In this document: piece by piece, positions 49,684 to 60,620 of the stretch | Position numbering within the stretch: position 1 is the stretch's first letter | How the letters are laid out: every line of letters begins with the position of its first letter | Origin: Rhodosorus marinus CCMP1338 | Taxonomy: Eukaryota > Plantae > Rhodophyta | Direction: 5' to 3' | Length of the DNA: 64,000 nt | NCBI GenBank assembly: GCA_029953675.1 | Contig: JAMWBK010000013.1 | Span: 1,042,936 to 1,106,935 of the forward strand | Translations under genes and position numbers: made by a program | The notes under the pieces: generated by a model | The model's database searches: none | Told to the model about the DNA's origin: nothing | What the model saw: the letters and a program-made list of their open reading frames with translations, nothing else

Positions 49684-50673
49684 GCAAGTGACCAGAGACG
49701 GAGTCACCATCCACTCGATACCGATAGGCAGCCGAGAATATATCGAACAGGAGTGCCGGGGGCTGCAAAATAAGCATGAGAAACTCTTTGAGGAAATTGC
49801 CAAGCTACCACAACCGGAGCTTACGACGCAAATTGCACTCTTCAGGTTCTGTGCGGAAACGCGGCTAGACTATGTTCTACGATGCCTCGCATACGAGTTT
49901 GGAAGAACTCTGGCACGCGAGGCCGATGTGATAACCAGATATCATCTGGAAATTCTATTCGGAGGCCTCGCTACGACGGCTGTAGAGGACGACGAGTACG
50001 CAGAGCTGATCTCGGACCAAATCGCTCTGCCCTGCCGCTGGGGGGGGTTGGGTTTCGCTACTCGAAAGCGCGTCCAACCCATCGCGTTTTACTCGTCATG
50101 GAGAAACACCTTCCGGAACAATGAAGATGAATGGCCATACCTGACTGAACTAGAACGGGAGGTTTCGGCAGAACGCCCACCAGACACATACGAGCCGACG
50201 GAGCAGCGATGGTCGGCTGCACAGCTGGCGGACCAGATCTGTGCATCGTCGCGAGCAATACAACGGAGACTCGGACCAGAAACCCCGCCGCGGATCTTGG
50301 CACTGACTACCCTTCAACCACCACGCGAAACACCTCTTCGAAACGCACCGGGCGAGACTGCAGCTTGGAATAATGGTTCAATACAACAAACCCTCTCTCG
50401 AGAGGCACACCATTGTCCATTCCAAAGGTTGGTCACCAAGCCACGAATCTCCCCTGAAAACCGAGCTCGAATGCGGTCCGCCGCGGGGTCCGGGTCGGGA
50501 GTCTGGCTGCGTGAAATACCAACGCTGACACCGAAAAAATTGAGTGCGGATGAGATGCAGGTAAACGTTCGACAACTGCTGGGGCTGCCAATTCCGGGAT
50601 TGCGAACCACCGAGAAGTGTACTGGTTGCCGGAGTAAACACGGAAGGACTGGGGTACAACGGTTTCATCACTG
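49684..50673 (+). mobile_element. Forward segment of the same family A copy
   Basis: Resumes at GCAAGTGACC, where the inverted segment stops; near-identical to about 35435-36480 without the B-tail insertion. Confidence 0.92.
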
Positions 50674-51623
50674 CCCACCGGCAGTCCTGACCAGAACTCT
50701 CCGCATCAGCAGGCTTCTGCCGTTTGTCAAGTGCTCTACTATTGGGCCCCCACCTGCGAACCCTGCTGTCAGATTTATTGGCGTTCCTGAGGTCCTACGA
50801 ACGCTGGCGACACAGTGGGTACTAGATCACCTGACCACACGACTTCGGGAGCTCTTCGTGCCTCTGCAACTAGCCCTTGCCGTCAGTGGAGGTTGCGAAC
50901 GGTCCCTGCACGCAATATAGGCCCATCTCTACTGTGAACCATAATTGGCAGTTCTACGATTCGACCTGGCGAATGCATTCAACCGAATTGATCGGCGTAT
51001 TGCTAAACAACTAGTCGACCGCCATTATCCAGAGCTGGCAACCATCTACCGCCTGGGATATGGAAGCAACTGCGAGGACTTATCTACGCTCCTTGGCTGG
51101 CGCCCCAAAGCTACAGACGGAGCACTGCACCCAGATCGACCACACCTGCAAGCGCAGACGGGAGCAGAACAAGGAGATCTTTTGGGACCTGGCTTACACG
51201 CCCTCTCACTGGCGCCTTTTCTCGAAGCACTGCGGCAGAAATACCCTGAGCTGACTACTGTCGCCATCCATGACGATATCACGCTCGTGAGCCCCCTGGA
51301 GTCTCTGAAAGCTGCCCTACTGTGGAGTCGAAATGCCCTCCCTACCATTGGGGCGGGAGGCTCGCTCCCACCAGTTCCAACTTTTCATTGTGGAAAGCTT
51401 TGGTCACGTGGAGAAGTCGGGTTTGGAGTCGTTGCGGAAATGTTTCGCTAAGCATCCGGTTGAATACTTGGAACTTTTGCGGCGTTTAAGTGTCTCTCTA
51501 GGGCGATATTCGAGCAGCAAGCTGGTCGAGGCGCGTCATCGGCGCCTGGGTTTCCACGCTTCCCCACCTAGTTCTTCGTTCCTTTTCACGCCTTGCGTAG
51601 CGTTTCAGGCTATGCTATAAAAG
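50674..51623 (+). mobile_element. Chimeric segment: diverged A-like RT (to about 51335) fused to a diverged B-like 3' end
   Basis: RFIGVPEVLR, FDLANAFNRIDR, EQGDLLGP and AIHDD, then SHQFQLFIVESFG and a B-type tail GCGTAGCGTTTCAGGCTATGC. Confidence 0.85.
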
Positions 51624-54600
51624 TCAAAAACCAGGAAGGTCAGAGGAACGTATGGCACAAGTCCCGTTTCCCGATCGAACAACATCCTATCGCGTGTGAA
51701 AAAAAAGAGGAGAGCACAGTAGGAAAACGTGAGCGATCAGATATCTACGCTGGAGTATCAACGATAAAGGGCCTCATATGAAAAACCCGTATGGTCGTTT
51801 CTATACATACAACTTGAAGTCCCGTGCAATCCCTCCTTTGGCAAAAGTTGTCAATAATTCCGTCGATTGGTATACAGGCGAAAGTCTCAAAAGGCCCAAA
51901 ATCCAGGCATTCGACATTCGAGCAAGGGCTTTCGCATGTACAGAACCCATCTTGGTTCGTCCCAATCTGGAAAACAAAAGGCACCAAACAGTCCGCTGTT
52001 AGGCTCGTCCATATGATATATATAGCCGTTTTCGTCGTTGGGCTTGTGATAGAGTTTTATCTTACGAAGTGCTGAGGACATGATTCACCAAATGTCGTGA
52101 CATCCGTGCAGGCACGATCTGCAATGCAATTCGCTTCTGTGCCACAGTCAAGTTTCTTACAGGTACATTGCCGGTTCTGGGTGTCCGCAACAGCAATCTA
52201 AACAGAACAACAGGAACATGCAGAGTTTAGGACTCCGAGAAAGGGATAAACCTCTTCAAGATTGGTTTAGAAGCCATCATCAGCGATTTGCGGCTCGATA
52301 TACCGAATCAGCTGCGCAGTTTGCTTCGGAAAATTCGTCAAGCAGAACGCGGTCTTCTCCGAGCAAGCAAAAACCAGGAAGGTTAGAGGAACGTATGGCA
52401 CAAGTCCCGTTTCCCGATCGAACAACATCCTATCGCGTGTGAAAAAAAAGAGGAGAGCACAGTAGGAAAACGTGAGCGATCAGATATCTACGCTGGAGTA
52501 TCAACGATAAAGGGCCTCATATGAAAAACCCGTATGGTCGTTTCTATACATACAACTTGAAGTCCCGTGCAATCCCTCCTTTGGCAAAAGTTGTCAATAA
52601 TTCCGTCGATTGGTATACAGGCGAAAGTCTCAAAAGGCCCAAAATCCAGGCATTCGACATTCGAGCAAGGGCTTTCGCATGTACAGAACCCATCTTGGTT
52701 CGTCCCAATCTGGAAAACAAAAGGCACCAAACAGTCCGCTGTTAGGCTCGTCCATATGATATATACAGCCGTTTTCGTCGTTGGGCTTGTGATAGAGTTT
52801 TATCTTACGAAGTGCTGAGGACATGATTCACCAAATGTCGTGACATCCGTGCAGGCACGATCTGCAATGCAATTCGCTTCTGTGCCACAGTCAAGTTTCT
52901 TACAGGTACATTGCCGGTTCTGGGTGTCCGCAACAGCAATCTAAACAGAACAACAGGAACATGCAGAGTTTAGGACTCCGAGAAAGGGATAAACCTCTTC
53001 AAGATTGGTTTAGAAGCCATCATCAGCGATTTGCGGCTCGATATACCGAATCAGCTGCGCAGTTTGCTTCGGAAAATTCGTCAAGCAGAACGCGGTCTTC
53101 TCCGAGCAAGCAAAAACCAGGAAGGTTAGAGGAACGTATGGCACAAGTCCCGTTTCCCGATCGAACAACATCCTATCGCGTGTGAAAAAAAAGAGGAGAG
53201 CACAGTAGGAAAACGTGAGCGATCAGATATCTACGCTGGAGTATCAACGATAAAGGGCCTCATATGAAAAACCCGTATGGTCGTTTCTATACATACAACT
53301 TGAAGTCCCGTGCAATCCCTCCTTTGGCAAAAGTTGTCAATAATTCCGTCGATTGGTATACAGGCGAAAGTCTCAAAAGGCCCAAAATCCAGGCATTCGA
53401 CATTCGAGCAAGGGCTTTCGCATGTACAGAACCCATCTTGGTTCGTCCCAATCTGGAAAACAAAAGGCACCAAACAGTCCGCTGTTAGGCTCGTCCATAT
53501 GATATATACAGCCGTTTTCGTCGTTGGGCTTGTGATAGAGTTTTATCTTACGAAGTGCTGAGGACATGATTCACCAAATGTCGTGACATCCGTGCAGGCA
53601 CGATCTGCAATGCAATTCGCTTCTGTGCCACAGTCAAGTTTCTTACAGGTACATTGCCGGTTCTGGGTGTCCGCAACAGCAATCTAAACAGAACAACAGG
53701 AACATGCAGAGTTTAGGACTCCGAGAAAGGGATAAACCTCTTCAAGATTGGTTTAGAAGCCATCATCAGCGATTTGCGGCTCGATATACCGAATCAGCTG
53801 CGCAGTTTGCTTCGGAAAATTCGTCAAGCAGAACGCGGTCTTCTCCGAGCAAGCAAAAGCCAGGAAGGTTAGAGGAACGTATGGCACAAGTCCCGTTTCC
53901 CGATCGAACAACATCCTATCGCGTGTGAAAAAAAAGAGGAGAGCACAGTAGGAAAACGTGAGCGATCAGATAACTACGCTGGAGTATCAACGATAAAGGG
54001 CCTCATATGAAAAACCCGTATGGTCGTTTCTATACATACAACTTGAAGTCCCGTGCAATCCCTCCTTTGGCAAAAGTTGTCAATAATTCCGTCGATTGGT
54101 ATACAGGCGAAAGTCTCAAAAGGCCCAAAATCCAGGCATTCGACATTCGAGCAAGGGCTTTCGCATGTACAGAACCCATCTTGGTTCGTCCCAATCTGGA
54201 AAACAAAAGGCACCAAACAGTCCGCTGTTAGGCTCGTCCATATGATATATACAGCCGTTTTCGTCGTTGGGCTTGTGATAGAGTTTTATCTTACGAAGTG
54301 CTGAGGACATGATTCACCAAATGTCGTGACATCCGTGCAGGCACGATCTGCAATGCAATTCGCTTCTGTGCCACAGTCAAGTTTCTTGCAGGTACATTGC
54401 CGGTTCTGGGTGTCCGCAACAGCAATCTAAACAGAACAACAGGAACATGCAGAGTTTAGGACTCCGAGAAAGGGATAAACCTCTTCAAGATTGGTTTAGA
54501 AGCCATCGTCAGCGATTTGCGGCTCGATATACCGAATCAGCTGCGCAGTTTGCTTCGGAAAATTCGTCAAGCAGAACGCAGTCTTCTCCGAGCAAGCACT

Positions 54601-55234
54601 CATCCGTGCTGCAATTGATGCCGTTGTCGCAGGTAGCTTGTAGGGTGCAGACTTCGCGGAACGGTTTCGTGGGGTCCGGCACTCTGCAAGGGACGGTTGA
54701 GCCTTCAACCCGCTTCATGTATGCCCGCACACGCGTTCCATTCATAAGGACCACAGCATATGCGTACAAATCAAACAAGCTCTCTCCGCAGCACGATTTG
54801 GACTCCTCCACGGAGATGTCTTCGGGGCAGATGCCTATACGGCCCTTTCGAAGCGTTGTGATCTCGGTTCCAGAAACATCCGTCGTCCTCGGGAATCTAA
54901 CATCCCTCCTCCTCGTGAATCTATCCCGTCCAGTGGGTGGCGACTCATCTGCCGATGAGAAGATTCCTACCCTGAGCTGCGCAAGACCAACATTTTCCAC
55001 TGTTGTAAAAACCGCCCGAAAGCAGTTCGTGTCGGCCTTCTCCACCACTCTCAGCTCGATACCTCCTAGCACTGTGCCGTTCCTGTCCGCCAAATCCGCA
55101 TTGAAGATACCCGAAGCAAATCGTGTGAACGCGGGCACTACATCACAAGTTTCAAGGTCGCATCTCACAATACAACAGTCAACGCAACCCAACAACGTCA
55201 GGCTCAATACAACGAGTGTAACAGATCTTAACAT
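51624..55234 (-). CDS. Secreted Cys-rich protein, about 764 aa, 13 exons, with a tandemly repeated 138-aa three-exon module
   Basis: Exon 1 is 55234-54533 (signal peptide, 234 aa). Then exons of 132, 156 and 126 nt are separated by phase-0 GT-AG introns of 106, 99 and 124 nt; 414+329 = 743, the repeat period. Stop TGA at 51626-51624. Confidence 0.85.
51626..54597. repeat. 4 x 743-bp near-identical tandem array (coding module)
   Basis: Identical ORF sets recur every 743 bp; only a few substitutions separate the units. Confidence 0.97.
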
Positions 55235-55733
55235 CTCTCTTCTTACAAACACCCGCACTCGTTCCGTCCAATTCCTCCTTTCCGACGAACAAAAACTCCT
55301 ATCAGTGCCATGCTGAGCAGAATACTTTACCTTAGCTGCCCCTCCAACCTGCCCATTCTCATCCAGCTACCACATCCGAAGCACAGCGAACTTAAACCCT
55401 ACTTGCGGAAGACGTCCTCCGAATCTGTATATAGACGATAGCAACCACCTATGAAATAAGCGCTCACCACCTCTAACCGCAGCCCCTCGTCTCAAGCGGA
55501 AGCAACATCACGCTTTCCCCCCCCTACGGCTGGGGTAAAATTCGAACCAGTAAGCTACTAATGACGCCAGTAAAGCGAGCCAGCTAATAAACCCAGAACA
55601 AAACTAGATCAAAACGGAAACTACTGAATCTCGGATTGGCTGGATCATCCAACCTATCGGTTTTATTGGCATCCAACACATCAACGGCCTTTTCTGCTGA
55701 GCGACGACCATAGTCTGTCAAAACTCAGTATGC

Positions 55734-56061
55734 AGAGGCTCCACCGGCGTTTACGGAGCGAGTTCTCCGCTGAGGACATCGACTGCGATAACCCCAGACT
55801 GCGAAAAGGGATGAGCGTCTAACGACATTTTGGTGGTCTCTGATTGGCTGTATCCACTTTTCCAAAAAATCACGAATAATTTGAAACCCACCGGAGGACG
55901 CTGCAGAGGACAACCCGCACGCGGAGCTTTTGGAGAAGTGGATACAGCCAATCAGAGACCACCAAAATGTCGTTAGACGATCATCCCTTTTCGCAGTCTG
56001 GGGTTATCGCAGTCGATGTCCTCAGCGGAGAACTCGCTCCGTAAACGCCGGTGGAGCCTCT
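55734..56061. repeat. Inverted repeat, 134-bp arms with 60-nt loop, each arm carrying a 12-nt telomere core
   Basis: 55734-55867 is the reverse complement of 55928-56061 with about 2 mismatches. TAACCCCAGACT at 55789-55800 and AGTCTGGGGTTA at 55995-56006. Confidence 0.93.
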
Positions 56062-56065
56062 AACG

Positions 56066-56560
56066 TACGTTAGTCTGGGTACGTAGTGATCGTGTGATGC
56101 GCTACATTAGGTAGCTGCCCAATAAAGGCTACGGGGTTATAGCGGATACGCGGCGAGAGCTGCGGAGAAGTGGAAAATCGCTCACTACAAAGAAGCGATG
56201 GTGATCGAGAAACCGGATGATAAGTTCATCCCGATAGCGATAGAGACGTTTGGGCGTACGGGGCAAATGGCACAAGAGTTCCTCCGCGACAGCTGCAAAC
56301 ACCTCCTGCACAGGAGTGAGGAGCTGAGAGACGTGAGATCCCAGATAAACCGGCAACTATGGCGAGGTAACGCAGAGATAGCATTAGGCGCTTTGCGCGT
56401 GGACCAGCTGGAGAATCCGCTGGTGCCTGTTTTTTCTTTTGAACGTAGCATGAGACCCCGGTAGCGGGGTTCCAGTAAGTTTTTCCCTAGATAGGATTAG
56501 ACGTAGTGTTGCGCTGCAGTAGGCAGCTGCCCAGTAAAGCTTACGGTTACGTTAGTCTGG
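56066..56560 (+). mobile_element. Telomere repeat, diverged A-type tail, GGGGTTA, 5'-truncated family A 3' end, telomere repeat
   Basis: TACGTTAGTCTGGG at 56066-56079; diverged tail 56080-56133; A fragment about 56140-56545, near-identical to 36716-37119; GTTACGTTAGTCTGG at 56546-56560. Confidence 0.9.
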
Positions 56561-56571
56561 TTTTTTTTTTG

Positions 56572-57530
56572 TGTCGAGGCTCTCGCAGCAAAAGCTGTAG
56601 GCCTTATTTGCGCCATTGGTAGGCAAATAATACTTACAGAAGCTTAACCAACAAGGGAGTCTGATTCCGACCTGTCAATGGTGGCTTCCAACAGGCGGCG
56701 GTCTGCCAGTCGGATGGGAAGGGCCCAATGTACACATGTCTTGTATCATTGCAGAGTACCTGTCGCGCATACCATATTTTCATAGTCTGCGCCAGGACAA
56801 GGCGCTTCGGTTGCAGATGATGGCGTGCGCTTGTACCGTGGGCCTTGCGTCGTCGTTTGGTTAGATGAATGCTCAAGTCTCGACAACGCAGCTCAAAATT
56901 GTTTTTCGTGCTAGTCGTGCGTTGACTTCTGGTTGCCTCTCTCTATGCTGGATTTTATTTTTTTTACAGGTACTCCTATTGCGCCGTTCTGTACGCGTTG
57001 GAGTCTACATCCTCTTTCTATCTGGTTCCGACTTTCTGGAAATCGGTTCTAGCGACGATTTCGGGAGCGATGGTCTTCGATATTTGGTACAAGACTCCAG
57101 TGGCAGAGGCGTTCGAAAATACAAACTTTGGCCCAGATGACTATCGAAAAAACCAACTGATTTTGTTTTGCTTGCTTGGATCTTTTATGGGTTGCCAGCG
57201 CGATTTATATCAGTGTATATACCATACAAGCCCACCGTGTTCTCCTCCTTCCCAAGATTCGTTTATCTGAGTTGCTCACTGTGACGCATCTGGACATTGG
57301 CTTTTATGCTTCCGGTCAACACGAACATTCCAAAAAAACAACAGGGATCGTGGGAGCCTTTTTCGTCAAGTGTACGCATGAGGTGTACCAGTTTCGCAAG
57401 CGGAGGTTGACATACTTGTCGAATCGATTTGTTCTTGTTGGAGTTGTGGCGCTCGCGTCTGGTCTCACGCAGTACAACAACGAACTCCCGAGAATTGACC
57501 CGCGAAAGGCAATTAACGAGCTCTTTTCAT
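56572..57530 (+). pseudogene. Intron-retaining partial duplicate of the CLC gene (29853-30813)
   Basis: About 960 bp, near-identical including introns, with a 1-nt deletion in GGCGCC, an altered donor (GTACGCC to GTTGCC) and an L-to-P change. Confidence 0.95.
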
Positions 57531-58176
57531 TGGTGTAGTTACGCTTCTGCAGCGCTTGCGTTCCGGGTTGGTAAATGCGTCCAGACCTGGTTCCCCTGCT
57601 TACAGTGGTCTGGGGCGTTGCCATTTTTTGGGGAAATTTCTCTTCCCGTCTGGAAGGTTGGCTGGCTGCCTCAGCTCCCTCAATTTTTAGGGCAAGTGCC
57701 TGTGCCGCCTCAAAATCCTGCACGTCCTGTATGTAGATGTATTTCTTGACCTCGGGTTTAAGGCCTTCGACGAAGCGGTCGAATTTCTCTGAATCAGAAA
57801 CTTCTCCAACCTGGATCAGACATTTGTTGAAATATGCGGAATATGCTGCTACACTCGTTTTCTGCTCTGCCCGTGCGAGTTGCTGTTTCGCGCGGATCTT
57901 AGCGTCCGCTGGGTAGAATTGCGACTTTAAAGCATCCTCAAATCCAGCGTAGCGCGTAGGTTTTTGCGATTCAGGTATCAGGGACCACCAATACGAAGCG
58001 TCGCCAGTGAGATAGCCCTCTGCGAGGGTAATCTTGTAGTCGTCGTCGTCGTCAGGCAGACGAGCCAACTTAAAATACGTGCGTAGGCTATTCAAGAAGG
58101 TACTGATAGTCAAAGCATCGCGCCGCCCGTCATAGGGTTTCGGTTGCGGAGCCTGGATCTTGATTAGCGACGACAT
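57531..58176 (-). mobile_element. Ty3/gypsy gag, 3'-truncated at the CLC duplicate
   Basis: PKPYDGRRD, YLTGDASYWW, QKTSVAAYSAYF and FVEGLKPEVK are typical retrotransposon gag capsid motifs. Confidence 0.85.
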
Positions 58177-58639
58177 TCTGGGTTTATCTCGAATGCAGGT
58201 TCAGGTATCAAATTTTCAGGATCAGCTTTTTCTGGTTTTCTGGTTTCTCAAACGGTCTCTGGTTGCGGGCTCATATTCGTCAGGGTTTCTGGTTATATAG
58301 GATTCCTCTGGTTCAACTGGTTATATAGGATTCCTCTGGTTCTTTTCTGGTTCTAGTAGTACTGGGCTCACTTTTCAGGTTCGCATAATGGTTCCTCAAT
58401 CGCAACTTGGGATGAGACCAGATTTCACGTCTCCAACAGCCAGCTGGGTATTACTCAAATTATCCCATATTTCGAGTTTTATTCCCCCCTAATTACTCCC
58501 AAGTTAGGTAATATATCCCAATTCTATCTTGTTCTTCTCTATCTTCTTCTTCTTCTCTCCAGCTAACCTGGGAAATATCGAGTTTGCCCATCGTACTTAT
58601 ACTCTTGCTCCATCGGGATGTGCAATAACTATTAAGCTC

Positions 58640-59070
58640 AAACGAACGAATGGTTTAATCGGAGGCTGAAAAAAAAAAACCCGAGGGGAAAAAAAGACTA
58701 AGCGCGGCGAAGTACTCGCGCCTCCAACATCAAAGCGGCATTCATGCGCCACAGCAGGAAACTTAAGCGGGTAAACAACGATTGAAGACGGTCAGGGCGT
58801 TCGCGGAACAACTCCCGAAGCCAGCGAGAACCAACAGAGTCCATGAACCCAAAGCACTCAATGATCAGGGGTACCAAGCGATGTGCTAGTGCCGAAGCAC
58901 GAACACCAGGGGAAGACAAAGCCCCCGCGTATTTGATCTCTTTGCGGCGTCTCATGCTGGCGGCGGCAGATCCACGGCGCTCCCCCGCAGCCGGGAGATA
59001 ACGACTAGCTTGAGGGTTAGGAACAGCAAGATCAACGTATGTGGTACGGCGGCTGTCGTCACAGGAGCTC
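58640..59070 (-). mobile_element. Family C REL domain and 3' end
   Basis: TYVDLAVPNPQ...LIIECFG...LEARVLRRA*, tail AAACCATTCGTTCGTT. Confidence 0.92.
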
Positions 59071-59149
59071 AAAAGGGTGTTGCACCTCCAGAGATTTTGG
59101 CACAGCCCGAGCATAATTTTGCATAGCCGGACATTGCTGGAAGGTGGAG

Positions 59150-60620
59150 ACGTCACACACTACGCAGAAGCATTCCCTGTCATCAGGACCAGCAGCACAC
59201 GGGCAACGTACGCTCAGCGCACTGTCCAAGATACTCCAGCTCGAGAAACAGAGGCTCAACTCCGACCAGCAGGACGTCCGGGCCCCCAGACCTAGCAGGC
59301 AGCGCTGCGACAGCGGCACGCCACAGTGGGAGGGTCCTCCTGGGGACCTGAGACCAAACTGGTACTGGCGACCCTGATAAATGTAAGACCGCCACGGCGG
59401 GACGAGGTAGCCCCATCGGATTTCACCACGGTTCTTTGCAGAGCCTTGGGGATTCCGAGCTCTTATGTGGCGGACGTGGACTTCATCGCTTCCCACGCGT
59501 GCTTACTATGCCATCCGGACGCGATTCCGATTCTACAAGCGCCATCTCTCAGGGCGTTTTCAGTACGGGGATTTTCGGATCGTTCACCCAGAGACACCCC
59601 GATCGGCAAGTGACTCTCTACACGGGCCAGGTACTGGATACAGACAACCTGTTGGGCTATAATGAACGTCAACACATTGCCCCAGCGAACATCGGGGCCC
59701 AGACCCTGAAACGGGCCATTGAACAGACTATCCGGATCCGCGCGAGGCTTCGCAGAAGGCAACTCTCGTTCAACACTCTCGCAGCGCTACACGAGTACCT
59801 GGAGAGCAGACTCGGACCCCTACAAGCCAGACAACGTACTCCAACGGTACAAGGCGAGAGCGCGGAACCCCCAGCGCCTGCAGCCGCCACGAACGCAGAT
59901 CCTGAAGCCTCTTCCCTTACAAGGGACGCGCAGGCAGCCCGTGGCACAGTGGACGCTCCGGGTAATCCCCTAACGATTTCCCTTGTACCTGAAGAGGATG
60001 CACCCGAGGATAACCCTCATGCAGAGCTCCCCTGCAACCTGCCCGAGCCTCCTCAACACAAGCGGTCGCGAGTATCCACTGATGGCACAGGCCAGGATAG
60101 AGATGACTCCGGCAGCCGTAGAGGCTCCACAGGACAGAACTGCACCACAGGCCGACCACACTGCCACCCATCACGCGATGGACACACAGGATCAGAGACT
60201 ACACCGGTCCTCGCCACGCTCTGGAATGTACGACCCCCGCGGCAAGATGAGGTGGCCCCATCAGACTTTGCAACGGTTCGTTGCCGAGCGTTGGGGATCC
60301 CGAGCTCTTATGTGGTGCATGTGGACTTCATTGCCTCCCACGCCAGCCTGCTATGCCACCCAGACGCAATTCCGCTTCTCCAAAGCGCCATGACACGGGG
60401 AGTTGTCAGGACAGAGATTTTCGGACCCTTTACCCTGCGACACCCCGATCGGCATGTGACCCTGTCAACTGGCCAGGCGCCTGAGGCCGATAAGCTACTG
60501 GGATACAACGAACGCCAACGCATCGCACAGGCGGCCCAGACGCTGCAGAGCGCCATCGAGCAGAATTTTCGCATCCGTTCGAGGCTTTGCAGGAGGCAAC
60601 TCTCTTTCAACCGGATTGAG
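59150..60620 (+). mobile_element. Diverged family A ORF1, two partial copies in tandem
   Basis: NVRPPRRDEVAPSDF...VDFIASHACLLCHPDAIP occurs twice and is homologous to 33000-33700. Confidence 0.85.

Noticed and set aside
51745-54310. Small repeated 64-83 aa ORFs in the 743-bp array as separate genes
   Set aside because: Better explained as exons and antisense frames of one spliced minus-strand gene.
54447-55316. 289-aa plus-strand ORF
   Set aside because: Antisense to the signal-peptide-bearing exon 1.
56572-57530. CLC duplicate as a retrocopy made by the local RTs
   Set aside because: Introns are retained. The preceding T10 would imply antisense polarity and does not match a processed mRNA.
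58177-58640. Defined LTR and primer-binding site for the gypsy gag
   Set aside because: No second LTR in the window and no tRNA match I can assign with confidence.
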